Source of the DNA: a virus
Reading direction: 5' to 3' (one strand)
IMG/VR virus record: IMGVR_UViG_3300046665_000193
Span: 1 to 64,000 of that record
Length of the DNA: 64,000 nt
The notes under the pieces were generated by a model. That model saw only the letters and a program-made list of their open reading frames with translations, did no database searches and was not told where the DNA came from. The position numbers were made by a program, and so were the translations under genes. This document shows, one piece after another, positions 28,817-38,798 of the stretch; position 1 is the stretch's first letter, and each line of letters begins with the position of its first letter.

Positions 28817-28982
28817 TACCCCTAGCGCCCCGGTCTACAACGAGAGCAACACCGATGCGAAGAACGCGAGTTCATCCATCGAGAACTCCCGGCGTGGACG
28901 CAGCTCGCTACTCATCAAGCGTAACACCTCAGGCACCTCGACCAGCAGCGCTGACACGAGCGGCTTGAACATCCCGACATAA
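28746..28982 (+). CDS. Small virion protein, gp6.7/7.3-like, copy 1
   Basis: MCFGGG...GRSSLLIKR...GLNIPT. Confidence 0.65.
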   Translation: MCFGGGSTPPPAQAPAPPPPPPADTPSAPVYNESNTDAKNASSSIENSRRGRSSLLIKRNTSGTSTSSADTSGLNIPT

Positions 28983-28984
28983 CC

Positions 28985-29311
28985 GTGTGCACTCTCTCGA
29001 TGCCGCGCGGCTCCTTCTCCCAGAGCCAGACCGCAATTGGTCAGGTGATCAATAGGGTGCAGGAGACGCAGTACGGCGCACGCGATGCCGCCAATGCTGC
29101 ACCATCCAGTCCTGCCGCTGCCCCTTCGCAGCCCGCTGCTGCTGCACCTCAGTCCGCTGCTCAGCTCGCTATGGCGAACGGCGGCGGGGTTGCTCCCGGC
29201 ATGCAGTCGGGTGGTGCGCCAAGTTCATTCAATATCCCGCGCAAGCGCTCCCGAGGTTCCGGCACTGCGTCCGTAGCTGGTGGCGGCGTTGGGCTCGGTA
29301 TTCCAACCTAA
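28985..29311 (+). CDS. Small virion protein, gp6.7/7.3-like, copy 2
   Basis: MCT...SSFNIPR...GLGIPT. Confidence 0.55.
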   Translation: MCTLSMPRGSFSQSQTAIGQVINRVQETQYGARDAANAAPSSPAAAPSQPAAAAPQSAAQLAMANGGGVAPGMQSGGAPSSFNIPRKRSRGSGTASVAGGGVGLGIPT

Positions 29312-29323
29312 GGACCCACCATC

Positions 29324-29569
29324 ATGTGTATGGGTGGGGGCGGATCATCCGCTCCGGTAACCACACCGATGCCAACGCAGGACGCAGGCAACTCCGCTAA
29401 TGGAGCTGCCGCTGTTGCTGCTGCACCGGCACCGACCAACTCGACTACCGACACGACCACTACGCCGACCGAGACCACCGACCGTGGCGTCTCCTCACTG
29501 CGCATCAAGCGTGGCCGAGGCGCAACTAGCGCTGGCTCTAGCGGCACCGGATTGAACATCCCGACGTGA
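29324..29569 (+). CDS. Small virion protein, gp6.7/7.3-like, copy 3
   Basis: MCMGGG...GVSSLRIKR...GLNIPT; directly before portal. Confidence 0.65.
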   Translation: MCMGGGGSSAPVTTPMPTQDAGNSANGAAAVAAAPAPTNSTTDTTTTPTETTDRGVSSLRIKRGRGATSAGSSGTGLNIPT

Positions 29570-31161
29570 CGGACGAACCCGATAAGGGAACGGCACAGTC
29601 GCGCTACTCACAGCTTGAGCCCCTTCGGCTCCCGTTCCTTACTCGGGCTCGTGACTGCGCTACGCTGACCGTCCCATACCTGATGCCCCCCGAGGGCATG
29701 ACCAGCACCACTACGCTGCCCACGCCGTACCAGAGCCTTGGCGCTCGCGGCATCAGGACCCTCTCGGCAAAACTATTGCTGAGCCTATTCCCGCCTAACA
29801 CGACCTTCTTCAAGTACAGCCTCGACGACTTCTTCCTGCAGAAACTGACAGGCAAGGATGACATGCGAGGTGAGGTCGAGAAGGCACTGTCGTCTCGTGA
29901 ACGCGCCACTCTCGATGAGATGGAAGGCGCACAGATGCGTCTCGGCGCTTCAATGGCGCTGCAGCACCTTCTGGTCGCTGGCAACTTCCTCATCCACGTT
30001 CCACCTCAGGGTCGCACTCGTGGCTTCCGTCTCGACCAATTCGTGGTCAAGCGCGATGCCTCAGGTAATGTCCTTGAGATCGTCGTCAAAGAGATCGTCA
30101 GCCCGACCGTGCTGCCCGATGCTGTTGCTGCTGCCGTCAAGGCGGATGCAGTCAAGAAGCATGGCGGCTCCGAAGACAAGTCGGCTGAACTCTACACGCA
30201 TATCATTCGGCATCAAGAACACTGGGAAGTGTATCAGGAAGCGGGCGGTCTTAAGATTGCCGATACAGATGGGACATACCCACTGGATCGTTGCCCGTGG
30301 CTTCCTCTGCGTCTCGCCACTCAACCCGGCGAAGACTATGGCCGGTCGTATTGTGAAGAGTTTCTCGGTGATCTGGACAGCCTTGAAGGTTTGTCCGAAA
30401 CGCTAGTCGAAGGTTCGGCTGCAGCAGCTCGTATCGTGTTCCTCGTAAAGCCGAACGGCGTCACTCAGGTGAAGGTCGTATCGAAAGCGAAGAACGGCGA
30501 CGTGGCTGTCGGTAACGCCGAAGACGTGACAGTGATCCAAGCGCAGAAGCAGGCCGACCTCGGTGTCGCGCAGAAGCAGGCGCAGGAGATCGCACAGCGT
30601 CTGTCTTACGCATTCATGCTCAACACTGCCATCCAGCGCAGCGCAGAGCGTGTCACTGCGGAAGAGATCAAGTACATGGCGCAGGAACTCGATGATGCCC
30701 TCGGCGGCATGTACGCGCTCCTCTCGGCTGAGTTTCAGCTCCCCGTCGTGCTCCTCTTTGAGGACCGCATGGAGAAGCTGCGTCAGGTCCCGCCGATGCC
30801 CAAGGGCGTCGTCAAGCCTACGATCACCACCGGCATGGCCGCGATTGGTCGGGGCATCGATCTGCGCAACCTCCGCGCATTCACAGCCGACATCGTTCAA
30901 ACCCTCGGTCCTGAGATCGCCTTCCGCTATCTCCAGCCGACCGAATACATCAAGCGTGCTGCCGCTGCCTATGGCATCGACACTGGTGGTCTCGTCAAGC
31001 CCGACGATCAGATCGCACAGGAAGAGCAGCTCGCTAAACTTGAAGCCCTCGCACAGAACCTTGGACCTCAGGCCCTCCAGCAAATGGGTGGCATGGGCAA
31101 GGAAGTCGTGAAGGGCGCAGTCCAACAGCAAGTAGGTAACAATGGCCAAAGCCCCAGCTAA
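29566..31161 (+). CDS. Portal / head-tail connector (gp8-like)
   Basis: PYQSLGARG, GEDYGRSY, RSAERVTAEEI. Confidence 0.95.
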   Translation: MTDEPDKGTAQSRYSQLEPLRLPFLTRARDCATLTVPYLMPPEGMTSTTTLPTPYQSLGARGIRTLSAKLLLSLFPPNTTFFKYSLDDFFLQKLTGKDDMRGEVEKALSSRERATLDEMEGAQMRLGASMALQHLLVAGNFLIHVPPQGRTRGFRLDQFVVKRDASGNVLEIVVKEIVSPTVLPDAVAAAVKADAVKKHGGSEDKSAELYTHIIRHQEHWEVYQEAGGLKIADTDGTYPLDRCPWLPLRLATQPGEDYGRSYCEEFLGDLDSLEGLSETLVEGSAAAARIVFLVKPNGVTQVKVVSKAKNGDVAVGNAEDVTVIQAQKQADLGVAQKQAQEIAQRLSYAFMLNTAIQRSAERVTAEEIKYMAQELDDALGGMYALLSAEFQLPVVLLFEDRMEKLRQVPPMPKGVVKPTITTGMAAIGRGIDLRNLRAFTADIVQTLGPEIAFRYLQPTEYIKRAAAAYGIDTGGLVKPDDQIAQEEQLAKLEALAQNLGPQALQQMGGMGKEVVKGAVQQQVGNNGQSPS

Positions 31162-31287
31162 CGCCGGTTCGGAAGCCTCCTCGGTAAAGATCGAGGAAGG
31201 CACTGAAACCCCGGCAACCCCGAACACCATCGCGAAGCCGAAGACCGTCTCGACGGACAACTTCGGTAATCAGATCGAAGAGGCTTA

Positions 31288-32127
31288 ATGAGCACCGCCT
31301 CGGTCTCATTCCAGACGGCACCGACCGGCGCAGAAGCCCCGGCAGCGGACCCGACGAAGGACATCAATGCGCAAGCAACGAACCCCGCCGCGCCTGCTGA
31401 AGGGTCCAATCCCGACCGGCCTGAGTGGCTCCCGCAAAACTTCGCGACCGTCGAAGACTACGTCAAGTCCAACAACGAAGCGCGAGGAGAACTCACCCGT
31501 GCGCAGCAGGAACTCGCTAAGCTCCGAAAGAGTGACAGCGAGCAGCCCGGCGCGGGGGCAGAACAGTCTTCGCAGACCCCGGCTGAGAGAGCGGCCAACG
31601 AAGCCGTAACCAACGCTGGCCTCGACGTTTCGACGTGGCAGGCTGAGTTCAACGAGACCCGTGATGTGTCCGAAGAGGGCCGTGCGGCAATCGCTAAGGG
31701 TCTCGAAAAGCAGTTCGGCAAGGACGCTCGCGCCCTCGTGGACGACTTCATCGAAGGCCAGAAGATGCGCCTCTCCAACGTGGAGAATCAGGTGCATCAG
31801 CAGGCTGGTGGCAAGGATCAGTACGCTGCAATGATGCAGTGGGCTTCGACGAATATGTCGGCTCAGGAGATCGCTGCCTACAACACTGCCATGGGCACTG
31901 GTGACTTCAACTCGATGTCGCTCGCTGTCGATGGCTTGAAGTCTCGCTTCACCAAGGCTGTCGGCTCCGCACCGAAGCTGCTCAGCGGTGACAACTCCAT
32001 CGCCAACAACAGTGGTGGCTTCGGCTCCACGTTCGAGATGACGCAGGCCATGAAGGACCCGCGCTATCGCACCGACCCGGTCTACCGTAAGGGCGTCGAA
32101 CAGCGGGCGATGAAGTCCAACTTCTAA
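31288..32127 (+). CDS. Capsid scaffolding protein (gp9-like)
   Basis: RPEWLP, AGGKDQYAAMMQWA, AMKDPRY..DP.YR. Confidence 0.9.
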   Translation: MSTASVSFQTAPTGAEAPAADPTKDINAQATNPAAPAEGSNPDRPEWLPQNFATVEDYVKSNNEARGELTRAQQELAKLRKSDSEQPGAGAEQSSQTPAERAANEAVTNAGLDVSTWQAEFNETRDVSEEGRAAIAKGLEKQFGKDARALVDDFIEGQKMRLSNVENQVHQQAGGKDQYAAMMQWASTNMSAQEIAAYNTAMGTGDFNSMSLAVDGLKSRFTKAVGSAPKLLSGDNSIANNSGGFGSTFEMTQAMKDPRYRTDPVYRKGVEQRAMKSNF

Positions 32128-32924
32128 TGCTCCAGGGCGATTATTCTCAGCTATCGCCCAAGGCACTCGACACTTCCTTCTACGCTGTCAATCCGCACAC
32201 CTTCGGTAACTATCGCGCAGGCTACATGACCTTGTGGTCGCGCATGTCGGTTACCAAGGTGAGCGAGGCGTCGAAGCAAGTCCGCCTCGTGGTCGCTCAT
32301 CAGGATGTCTATAAGGGCATCGAAGCGGCCACGGGGGTGCCGTGGGCAGCAATCGCAATGCTGCATCTCCGCGAAGCCGGTCCTCAGGACGTAGGCCGCT
32401 GGGAATGCACACTGCACAACGGCGAACGCATCATCGGCAAGGGCACCAAGACCAAGCTCGTTCCGAAGGGCGTCGGCCCGTTCAAGTCATTCAAGGAAGC
32501 CGCCATCCATGCCATCCGGCAGGAAGGGCTCGATAAGATCGATTGGGCTAAGGACGGCATCGCGTATCTCGCGTTCGCCTCCGAGACCTTCAACGGCTTC
32601 GGCTATCGCAACAAGGGCATCCCGTCCCCGTACCTTTGGGGCGGCTCGTCCGTCCAGCAGAAGGGCAAGTACGTCAAGGATGGCGTGTTCGACCGTAACA
32701 CCATGGACCCGCAGATCGGCACCATGCCGCTCCTCAAGGTCCTCATGGACACCACCGGATACACCTTTGGCAAAACTCCTGCTGCTGCTGTGGCTGCACC
32801 TCAGCCAACCCCAGTCCCGTCCAGTCCCTCGACCCCCAGCGGCATTGATCCGCAGCGTGGGGTAGGGGCGATCCTGAACGTGGTCTATACCGCCATCCAA
32901 GCGGTTCTCAAACGAAAGAGCTAA
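32127..32924 (+). CDS. Lysozyme-family peptidoglycan hydrolase (putative endolysin)
   Basis: TGVPWAAIAMLHLREA, LHNG, FNGFGY, PSPYLWGG, GKYVKDG motifs (COG5526-like). Confidence 0.8.
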   Translation: MLQGDYSQLSPKALDTSFYAVNPHTFGNYRAGYMTLWSRMSVTKVSEASKQVRLVVAHQDVYKGIEAATGVPWAAIAMLHLREAGPQDVGRWECTLHNGERIIGKGTKTKLVPKGVGPFKSFKEAAIHAIRQEGLDKIDWAKDGIAYLAFASETFNGFGYRNKGIPSPYLWGGSSVQQKGKYVKDGVFDRNTMDPQIGTMPLLKVLMDTTGYTFGKTPAAAVAAPQPTPVPSSPSTPSGIDPQRGVGAILNVVYTAIQAVLKRKS

Positions 32925-32926
32925 CC

Positions 32927-33172
32927 ATGTATCGTCGCATCCTGCGGCGGTGCGGGCGGCTTCCCCTGTTCCGCCTCGGTGCGGCACTGGTCATCTTGAG
33001 CCAGATCATTGAGGCCCTCGACGCACTGGTCGGTCTCGACCTCGCGTCCATCCTCCCGGCGCACTACAACGTCGCCGCTATTGTCACGGCCATCGGCCTG
33101 CTCAAGATCGTCCTTAGGGGCCTCTTCGTTGTCGCTTCAATGTTCCAAACCAAACCGGAGGAGGGCAGCTAA
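32927..33172 (+). CDS. Small membrane protein (lysis-associated?)
   Basis: Two hydrophobic segments, follows endolysin. Confidence 0.5.
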   Translation: MYRRILRRCGRLPLFRLGAALVILSQIIEALDALVGLDLASILPAHYNVAAIVTAIGLLKIVLRGLFVVASMFQTKPEEGS

Positions 33173-33573
33173 TGTGGCTGCTCACCTTCGCACTCAATCT
33201 CTTCTCCAGTCCCATACTCGGCAAAGTCGCCGACTACCTCACGAAGCGCTCCAACGACCAAGCCGTCATGCACGGCCAAGACATGACCGCAGCCACGTCC
33301 ATCGTGGTCGCGCAAATCCAAGCGGAGATCGCAGCCCGTCAAGCCCAGCTCGCGTTCTCCTCGCGTCACGACAAACTCGTGGCATGGATCGTCGCGCCGT
33401 TCATCCTTCATGTGTGGATGCTCGTGCTCGACAGATGCTTCCATCTCAACTGGAACATCGAGATGCTACCCGACCCACTCAACGACTGGGAAGGTCGCAT
33501 CCTTCTATCGTTCTTCATCCTCTCGCCCGCAGCTAACCTTGCAAAGGCGGCTCTCGGGCTGGTGAAGAAGTAG
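33172..33573 (+). CDS. Membrane protein, holin-like
   Basis: Multiple hydrophobic segments; coupled TAATG. Confidence 0.5.
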   Translation: MWLLTFALNLFSSPILGKVADYLTKRSNDQAVMHGQDMTAATSIVVAQIQAEIAARQAQLAFSSRHDKLVAWIVAPFILHVWMLVLDRCFHLNWNIEMLPDPLNDWEGRILLSFFILSPAANLAKAALGLVKK

Positions 33574-33804
33574 CAACATGGCCGGTGCCTCTACAGCCTC
33601 ATCAACTGTACGCGCCGGTCCTCGCTCCATAGCGGAAAGCAACGTGCCCCTTTTAAGGGGGCGTTCAGGTCCAAGACCACCGACTAGACGAAGCCTCTTG
33701 GCTCACTCTTGATGCATCTGCGGATGCACTGAGCGTGAATAACCTTTTGCGTCTTCCGATGGCGGGTTCGAGGCCACTTCCTCAATCCACTATGGAGACT
33801 ACCA

Positions 33805-34743
33805 ATGACCGACACCGTCGTGTCCCGCACCGGCCAAGTTAACCACACTGGCGATGCACTCGCACTATTCCTCAAGGTGTTCTCGGGTGAAGTTCTCACC
33901 GAGTTCGAGCGCACCACGCTGTTCACCGACAAGCACTTCATCCGACAGATCACGTCGGGCAAGTCGGCGCAGTTCCCGCTGATCGGTAAGGCGTCCAGCC
34001 GTTACCATGTTCCCGGTCAGTGGATCGATGGCACCGTCATCGACCACGCCGAGAAGGTGATCACCATCGACGATCTGCTGATCGCTGATACGTTCATCGC
34101 CAACATCGACGAAGCCATGAACCACTACGACGTTCGCGGTCCCTACTCGCAGGAGCTGGGTCGTGAGTTGGCTCAGGCATTCGACACCAACGTCGCCCGC
34201 GTCATGGTTCTGGCGGCTCGCGCCTCCAACCCTCTGGCTGGTCGCGCTGGCGGCACCCGCATCTCCAACGCCAACATGGACACCGACAAGGACGCTCTGC
34301 GTACCTCGCTGTTCTCGGCTGCTCAGAAGCTCGATGAGAAGAACGTCCCCGCCGAAGATCGCACCGCGTTCTTCCGCCCGGCTCAGTTCTACATCATGGC
34401 TCAGGACACCACGCTCATCAACAAGTTCTACGGTGAGACGGGTGGCGATCTGGGCAAGGGCTCGCTGGAGACCGTCGCTGGCTTCCCGATTGTGAAGTCG
34501 AACAACGTGCCGTCCGCCGATGACACGCTGAACACGAACGTCCACGCCAAGTATCGCTCGGACTTCAGCAAGACCGTGGGCGTCATCTCGAACAAGATGG
34601 CCGCTGGCACCGTCAAGCTGATGGACCTCGCGATGGACGCTCAGTACGAGCCCCGCCGTCAGGGCACCTTCATGGTCGCCAAGTACGCGGTCGGCCACGA
34701 CTGGCTGCGCCCTGAGTGCGCGGTCGAACTCTACAAGGCGTAA
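33805..34743 (+). CDS. Major capsid protein (gp10-like)
   Basis: LALFLKVFSGEVLT, GKSAQFP, ITIDDLL, LRPECAVEL. Confidence 0.96.
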   Translation: MTDTVVSRTGQVNHTGDALALFLKVFSGEVLTEFERTTLFTDKHFIRQITSGKSAQFPLIGKASSRYHVPGQWIDGTVIDHAEKVITIDDLLIADTFIANIDEAMNHYDVRGPYSQELGRELAQAFDTNVARVMVLAARASNPLAGRAGGTRISNANMDTDKDALRTSLFSAAQKLDEKNVPAEDRTAFFRPAQFYIMAQDTTLINKFYGETGGDLGKGSLETVAGFPIVKSNNVPSADDTLNTNVHAKYRSDFSKTVGVISNKMAAGTVKLMDLAMDAQYEPRRQGTFMVAKYAVGHDWLRPECAVELYKA

Positions 34744-34755
34744 GCCTTCAACCCA

Positions 34756-34785
34756 GCCGGGGACCTTCGGGTCTCCGGTTTTTTC
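34756..34785 (+). terminator. T-phi-like terminator after capsid gene
   Basis: gccggggacc-ttcg-ggtctccggt plus T tract. Confidence 0.85.
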
Positions 34786-34799
34786 ATTCAAGGATCACA

Positions 34800-35396
34800 A
34801 TGGATACCACTGCGCTCGCTCCCATGACGGAGCTTGAGGCCATCAACGATATGCTCTCGCTCATCTCTGAGAGCCCGGTGGCCTCCCTTGACGAGGCATC
34901 ACGGGTCGCTGATGCACAGACTGCGGTGCAGATACTGCGCCGACAACTACGCGACACACAGGCCCGTAACTGGGACTGGAACACCGAGAGCGGTATGTGG
35001 CTCGCGCCGGATATGGACGGCAACATCGTCCTCCCGCGCAACTGCATCAAGGTCGATCCGACCGACCCGCGTCTCGACTATGTGCGCCGGGGCGACAAGC
35101 TCTGGGATCGCACCAACCACACATTCAACATCGGCAAGAAGGTCCAGCTCGACCTCGTCATGCTGCTCCCATTTGAGGACATCCCTGAGACCGCGCGTCG
35201 CTACATCAGCATCGCAGCCGGTCGCAAGTTCGAGAACCGAATGATCGGTGACGGACAGTCTCACACGATCAACGAAGCTGACGTGATGCAGGCATGGGCC
35301 ATCCTGTTGCAGGAGGAGTGTGAGAACGCCGAACTCAACGTAGTGAAGGACAGCTCCACGGTGCGCAACATTTCGCATGGTCGCTATCGGCGGTAA
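34800..35396 (+). CDS. Tail tubular protein A (gp11-like)
   Basis: TELEAINDMLSLISESPV; position after capsid. Confidence 0.9.
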   Translation: MDTTALAPMTELEAINDMLSLISESPVASLDEASRVADAQTAVQILRRQLRDTQARNWDWNTESGMWLAPDMDGNIVLPRNCIKVDPTDPRLDYVRRGDKLWDRTNHTFNIGKKVQLDLVMLLPFEDIPETARRYISIAAGRKFENRMIGDGQSHTINEADVMQAWAILLQEECENAELNVVKDSSTVRNISHGRYRR

Positions 35397-37780
35397 TGAC
35401 TAAGCCTGCCTCTGGCACAATTCCAAACCTCGTCAACGGCGTATCACAACAGGCCCCCGCACTCCGTCTCCCCACGCAGGGTGAGCTACAGGACAACTAC
35501 TACTCGACAATCGTCGAGGGCTTGAAAGATCGACCGCCGACCGAACATATCGCCAAAATCCTCGACTCTCTTCCCGGCAACGTCTTCACTCACATCATCA
35601 ACCGCGACATCAACGAGAAGTATCTCGTGGTGTTCGACCCGGAAGATGGCATCGTGCGCGTCTTCGACTTCAACGGCGAAGAGCGGGAGGTCTTCTATCC
35701 GCGCGGCTTTGGCTACATCGAACATGCCGACAGCACCATGCTGCGGGCGGTCACCGTGGCCGACTACACTTTCATCACGAACACGACCGTGGCAACCGCC
35801 ATGGACACTGAGGTGCAGCCTACGCGCAAGCCCGAGGCACTGATCAACGTCCTCGCAGGCAACTACGGCAAGACCTACGCCATCCGTATCAACGGCGTGC
35901 TCGCGGCCCAGTACATCACTCCCGATGGCGACGTGGCCTCTGAAGCGTCATTCATCGACACGGTCTACATCGCTTCGCAGCTCGATGCGTCGCTCACGGC
36001 CAACGGCTTCAATGCTGGCGGCTGGCACTCCAACCGCTACGGCAACGCCATCCACATCTTCCACGAGCTGGGCACCCAGTTCAGCGTCGAGGTGCAGGAC
36101 GGCTACAACGGCAACGCCATGAAGGCGGCGAAGGGCAGCGTCCAACGCTTCTCCGATCTGCCGTCGTTCGGCCCTGATGGCTTCACCATCGAGATCGCAG
36201 GCGACAGCGGTAACACCGGCGACAACTACTACGTCCAGTTCCAGAAGGGCGTGGACGGTCCCGGCGTTTGGAAGGAGAGTGTGAAGCCCGGCACCAAGCT
36301 GTATCTCAAAGCAGCGACGATGCCGCATGCACTGATCTCTGAAGCGGACGGCACGTTCACCTTTGACGAGATCGAGTGGGACCCACGCAAGTGCGGCGAC
36401 AGCGACAGCTCGCCTGACCCGTCGTTCGTAGGCGACTATATCGAGGATGTGTTCTTCCACCGCAACAGGCTGGGCCTGCTGTCTGGTGAGAACTCCATCA
36501 TGAGCCGCAACGGGTCGTTCTTCGACTTCTTCCGCACCACTGCCACGGCTGTGCTCGACGATGATCCCATCGACGTTGGCGCGTCGCACGTCAAGGTGTC
36601 CCTGCTCAAGCATGCGGTGCCGTATCAGGACCAGCTCGTGCTCTTCTCGGAGCAGACGCAGTTCACTGTGAGCGGCAACGATCTGCTGACGCCGAAGACC
36701 GTGTCAATCCGGCCCCAGACTGAATACGTCTGCGATGGCAACGTGCGCCCGGTCGGCCTCGGTCAGTCCATCTTCTTCGCCGCACGGCGAGGGGACTACA
36801 GCTCGATCTGGGAATACACTATCGACAAGGTCTCGCAGACCGCCTCGGCCAGTGAGGTAACCGCGCATGTCCCGGCCTATGTGCCGAAGGGCGTGTTCAA
36901 GATGGCCGGAACGTCCAACGAGAGCGTCCTCGCGATGCTCGCGTCCAGCGACCCCACGCGCATCTACATCTACCGCTTCTACACATCCTCGGATGGGCAG
37001 AGGCTGCAGGCAGCGTGGCAGAAGTGGTCATTGCCGGGCGACCCGAAGATACTGAACGTGGAGTTCATCGAGAGTGACATGTTCGTCGTCGCACAGCGCG
37101 AGGACGGCGTCTATCTTGAGAAGATCAGGATGCAGCCAAACGCCTTCGACGAGGGCCTCGGCTTCCTTGTGCGGCTCGACCGTCGCATCCACTCGACCGA
37201 TCTTCCGGCCCCGGCCTACAGCGCTGCATTTGGTTACACTGTCTACACCCTCCCTTACATGCCGTCCGAGAACATCGTGGCGGTTACGTCTCCGGGCGGG
37301 AACACACTGCCAGCCATCGAGCTGCCAATCGAGGTCATCAGCGGCACCGGCCTACAGGTCGCCCTCCGTGGCGATACCCGTGGTGCGAAGGTCTGGTTCG
37401 GTGAACCTTACGAGCGCCGCTATCGGTTCTCCAAGTTCTTCCTGAGGCAACAGTCGGCGAACGGCGGCAGCACGGCGGTCCAGACTGGGCGGCTCCAGCT
37501 CCGTCAGATGACGCTGGCCTACAACAACTCGTCCTACTTCCGGGTCGAGGTCACCCCCGAGGGTCGTCAAACCTACGTCTATGAAATGACCGGGCGCACC
37601 TTGGGCAACGCTCAGAACATCCTCGGCCACATCCCGCTTCGGTCTGGCAAAATGTCGATCCCGATCATGTCGCGCAACGACCGGGTCACCATCGACCTCA
37701 GCTCCGATAGTTGGATGCCATCGGCATTCATCAACGCGGAATGGCAGGGGACACACAACGAGAAGGCAAGAGAGCTTTAA
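35396..37780 (+). CDS. Tail tubular protein B (gp12-like)
   Basis: IPNLVNGVSQQ, PSFVG, FFHRNRLG, DDDPID. Confidence 0.93.
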   Translation: MTKPASGTIPNLVNGVSQQAPALRLPTQGELQDNYYSTIVEGLKDRPPTEHIAKILDSLPGNVFTHIINRDINEKYLVVFDPEDGIVRVFDFNGEEREVFYPRGFGYIEHADSTMLRAVTVADYTFITNTTVATAMDTEVQPTRKPEALINVLAGNYGKTYAIRINGVLAAQYITPDGDVASEASFIDTVYIASQLDASLTANGFNAGGWHSNRYGNAIHIFHELGTQFSVEVQDGYNGNAMKAAKGSVQRFSDLPSFGPDGFTIEIAGDSGNTGDNYYVQFQKGVDGPGVWKESVKPGTKLYLKAATMPHALISEADGTFTFDEIEWDPRKCGDSDSSPDPSFVGDYIEDVFFHRNRLGLLSGENSIMSRNGSFFDFFRTTATAVLDDDPIDVGASHVKVSLLKHAVPYQDQLVLFSEQTQFTVSGNDLLTPKTVSIRPQTEYVCDGNVRPVGLGQSIFFAARRGDYSSIWEYTIDKVSQTASASEVTAHVPAYVPKGVFKMAGTSNESVLAMLASSDPTRIYIYRFYTSSDGQRLQAAWQKWSLPGDPKILNVEFIESDMFVVAQREDGVYLEKIRMQPNAFDEGLGFLVRLDRRIHSTDLPAPAYSAAFGYTVYTLPYMPSENIVAVTSPGGNTLPAIELPIEVISGTGLQVALRGDTRGAKVWFGEPYERRYRFSKFFLRQQSANGGSTAVQTGRLQLRQMTLAYNNSSYFRVEVTPEGRQTYVYEMTGRTLGNAQNILGHIPLRSGKMSIPIMSRNDRVTIDLSSDSWMPSAFINAEWQGTHNEKAREL

Positions 37781-38250
37781 TGGGTTACGTCCAGCGGGCA
37801 ACCGTTGAAGACGTTACGTTCATCTCCAGGAATTTGAGGCAGGCCGACCGCGACGAGTGCGATGCTACACTAGCAACGCGCCCTGAGCTGATCCTGCCTC
37901 AATGCGTGACTCCCGGTCGGGATGTGTGGACCTTCCACCTGAACGACGGGACGCCCGTTGGAGTGTTCGGCGTCGATAGAACACCAGACCCGGATGTCGG
38001 CATCGTGTGGATGCTTTCGACTGACGAGATCAAACTACACAAACGAGAGTTTCTCGTAGAGAGCAAGCCGTATGTGCTCGCGCTCAATGACGACTTCCCA
38101 ATCATCACCAACATGGTGGATGCGCGGAACACCCTTCATCACCGCTGGCTCAAGTGGCTCGGCTTCTCCTTCCTTCGCAGGATCGAACGATGGGGTGCAC
38201 GCAGCGTCCCCTTCTATGAGTTCGCAAGGATGAAACAGACATGTGCATAA
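37780..38250 (+). CDS. Internal virion protein A (gp13-like)
   Basis: NMVDARN...RWLKWLGF; synteny. Confidence 0.8.
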   Translation: MGYVQRATVEDVTFISRNLRQADRDECDATLATRPELILPQCVTPGRDVWTFHLNDGTPVGVFGVDRTPDPDVGIVWMLSTDEIKLHKREFLVESKPYVLALNDDFPIITNMVDARNTLHHRWLKWLGFSFLRRIERWGARSVPFYEFARMKQTCA

Positions 38251-38798
38251 TGGCACTGGGCGCACTCGCGCCTATCCTCGGCATGATCAGCAGCATCGGC
38301 TCCGCTGTCGTCGGCTATGCCGCGCAGAAGCAGCAGGCTGATCAGCAGAACGCTTACTACGCCCAGAACGCTCGGGCGGCTCAGATGGCTGCTGTCAACC
38401 AGTATGCCAACCAGCAGAACCAGATCATCCAGAAGCGCAACGCTGCGGGGCAACAGGTCGAAGAGACCCACATCGCAGCGCTTAAGGCGCGAGGTACGGC
38501 GCACGTTGCGTCGGGTGAAGCTGGCGTTACCGGCCTGTCGGTCGATGCCCTCATTGACGACTTCTACGGTCGCGAGGGGCGGCGCGTCGATAGCATCGAT
38601 CAGAACTACGAGATGGACCGCGACTACATGCGGGCCAACATGGAAAGCACTGAGGCTCAGGCCCAGCAGCGCATCAACAGTGTCCGTCAAGCAGCCGAAC
38701 CGTCGTTCGCCGACGCCGCCATCCGCATTCTCGGAGGTGTCGCAGGGGGCCTCGGGGGCATGGCTAAGGGCGGCATGACACAGGAGTTCGCGAGCTAA
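38241..38798 (+). CDS. Internal virion protein B (gp14-like)
   Basis: MC start, SGEAGVTGLSVD; synteny. Confidence 0.8.
   Translation: MCIMALGALAPILGMISSIGSAVVGYAAQKQQADQQNAYYAQNARAAQMAAVNQYANQQNQIIQKRNAAGQQVEETHIAALKARGTAHVASGEAGVTGLSVDALIDDFYGREGRRVDSIDQNYEMDRDYMRANMESTEAQAQQRINSVRQAAEPSFADAAIRILGGVAGGLGGMAKGGMTQEFAS

Noticed and set aside
34700-34800. T7-style 10A/10B capsid frameshift extension
   Set aside because: No clear slippery site; a terminator follows the stop immediately.
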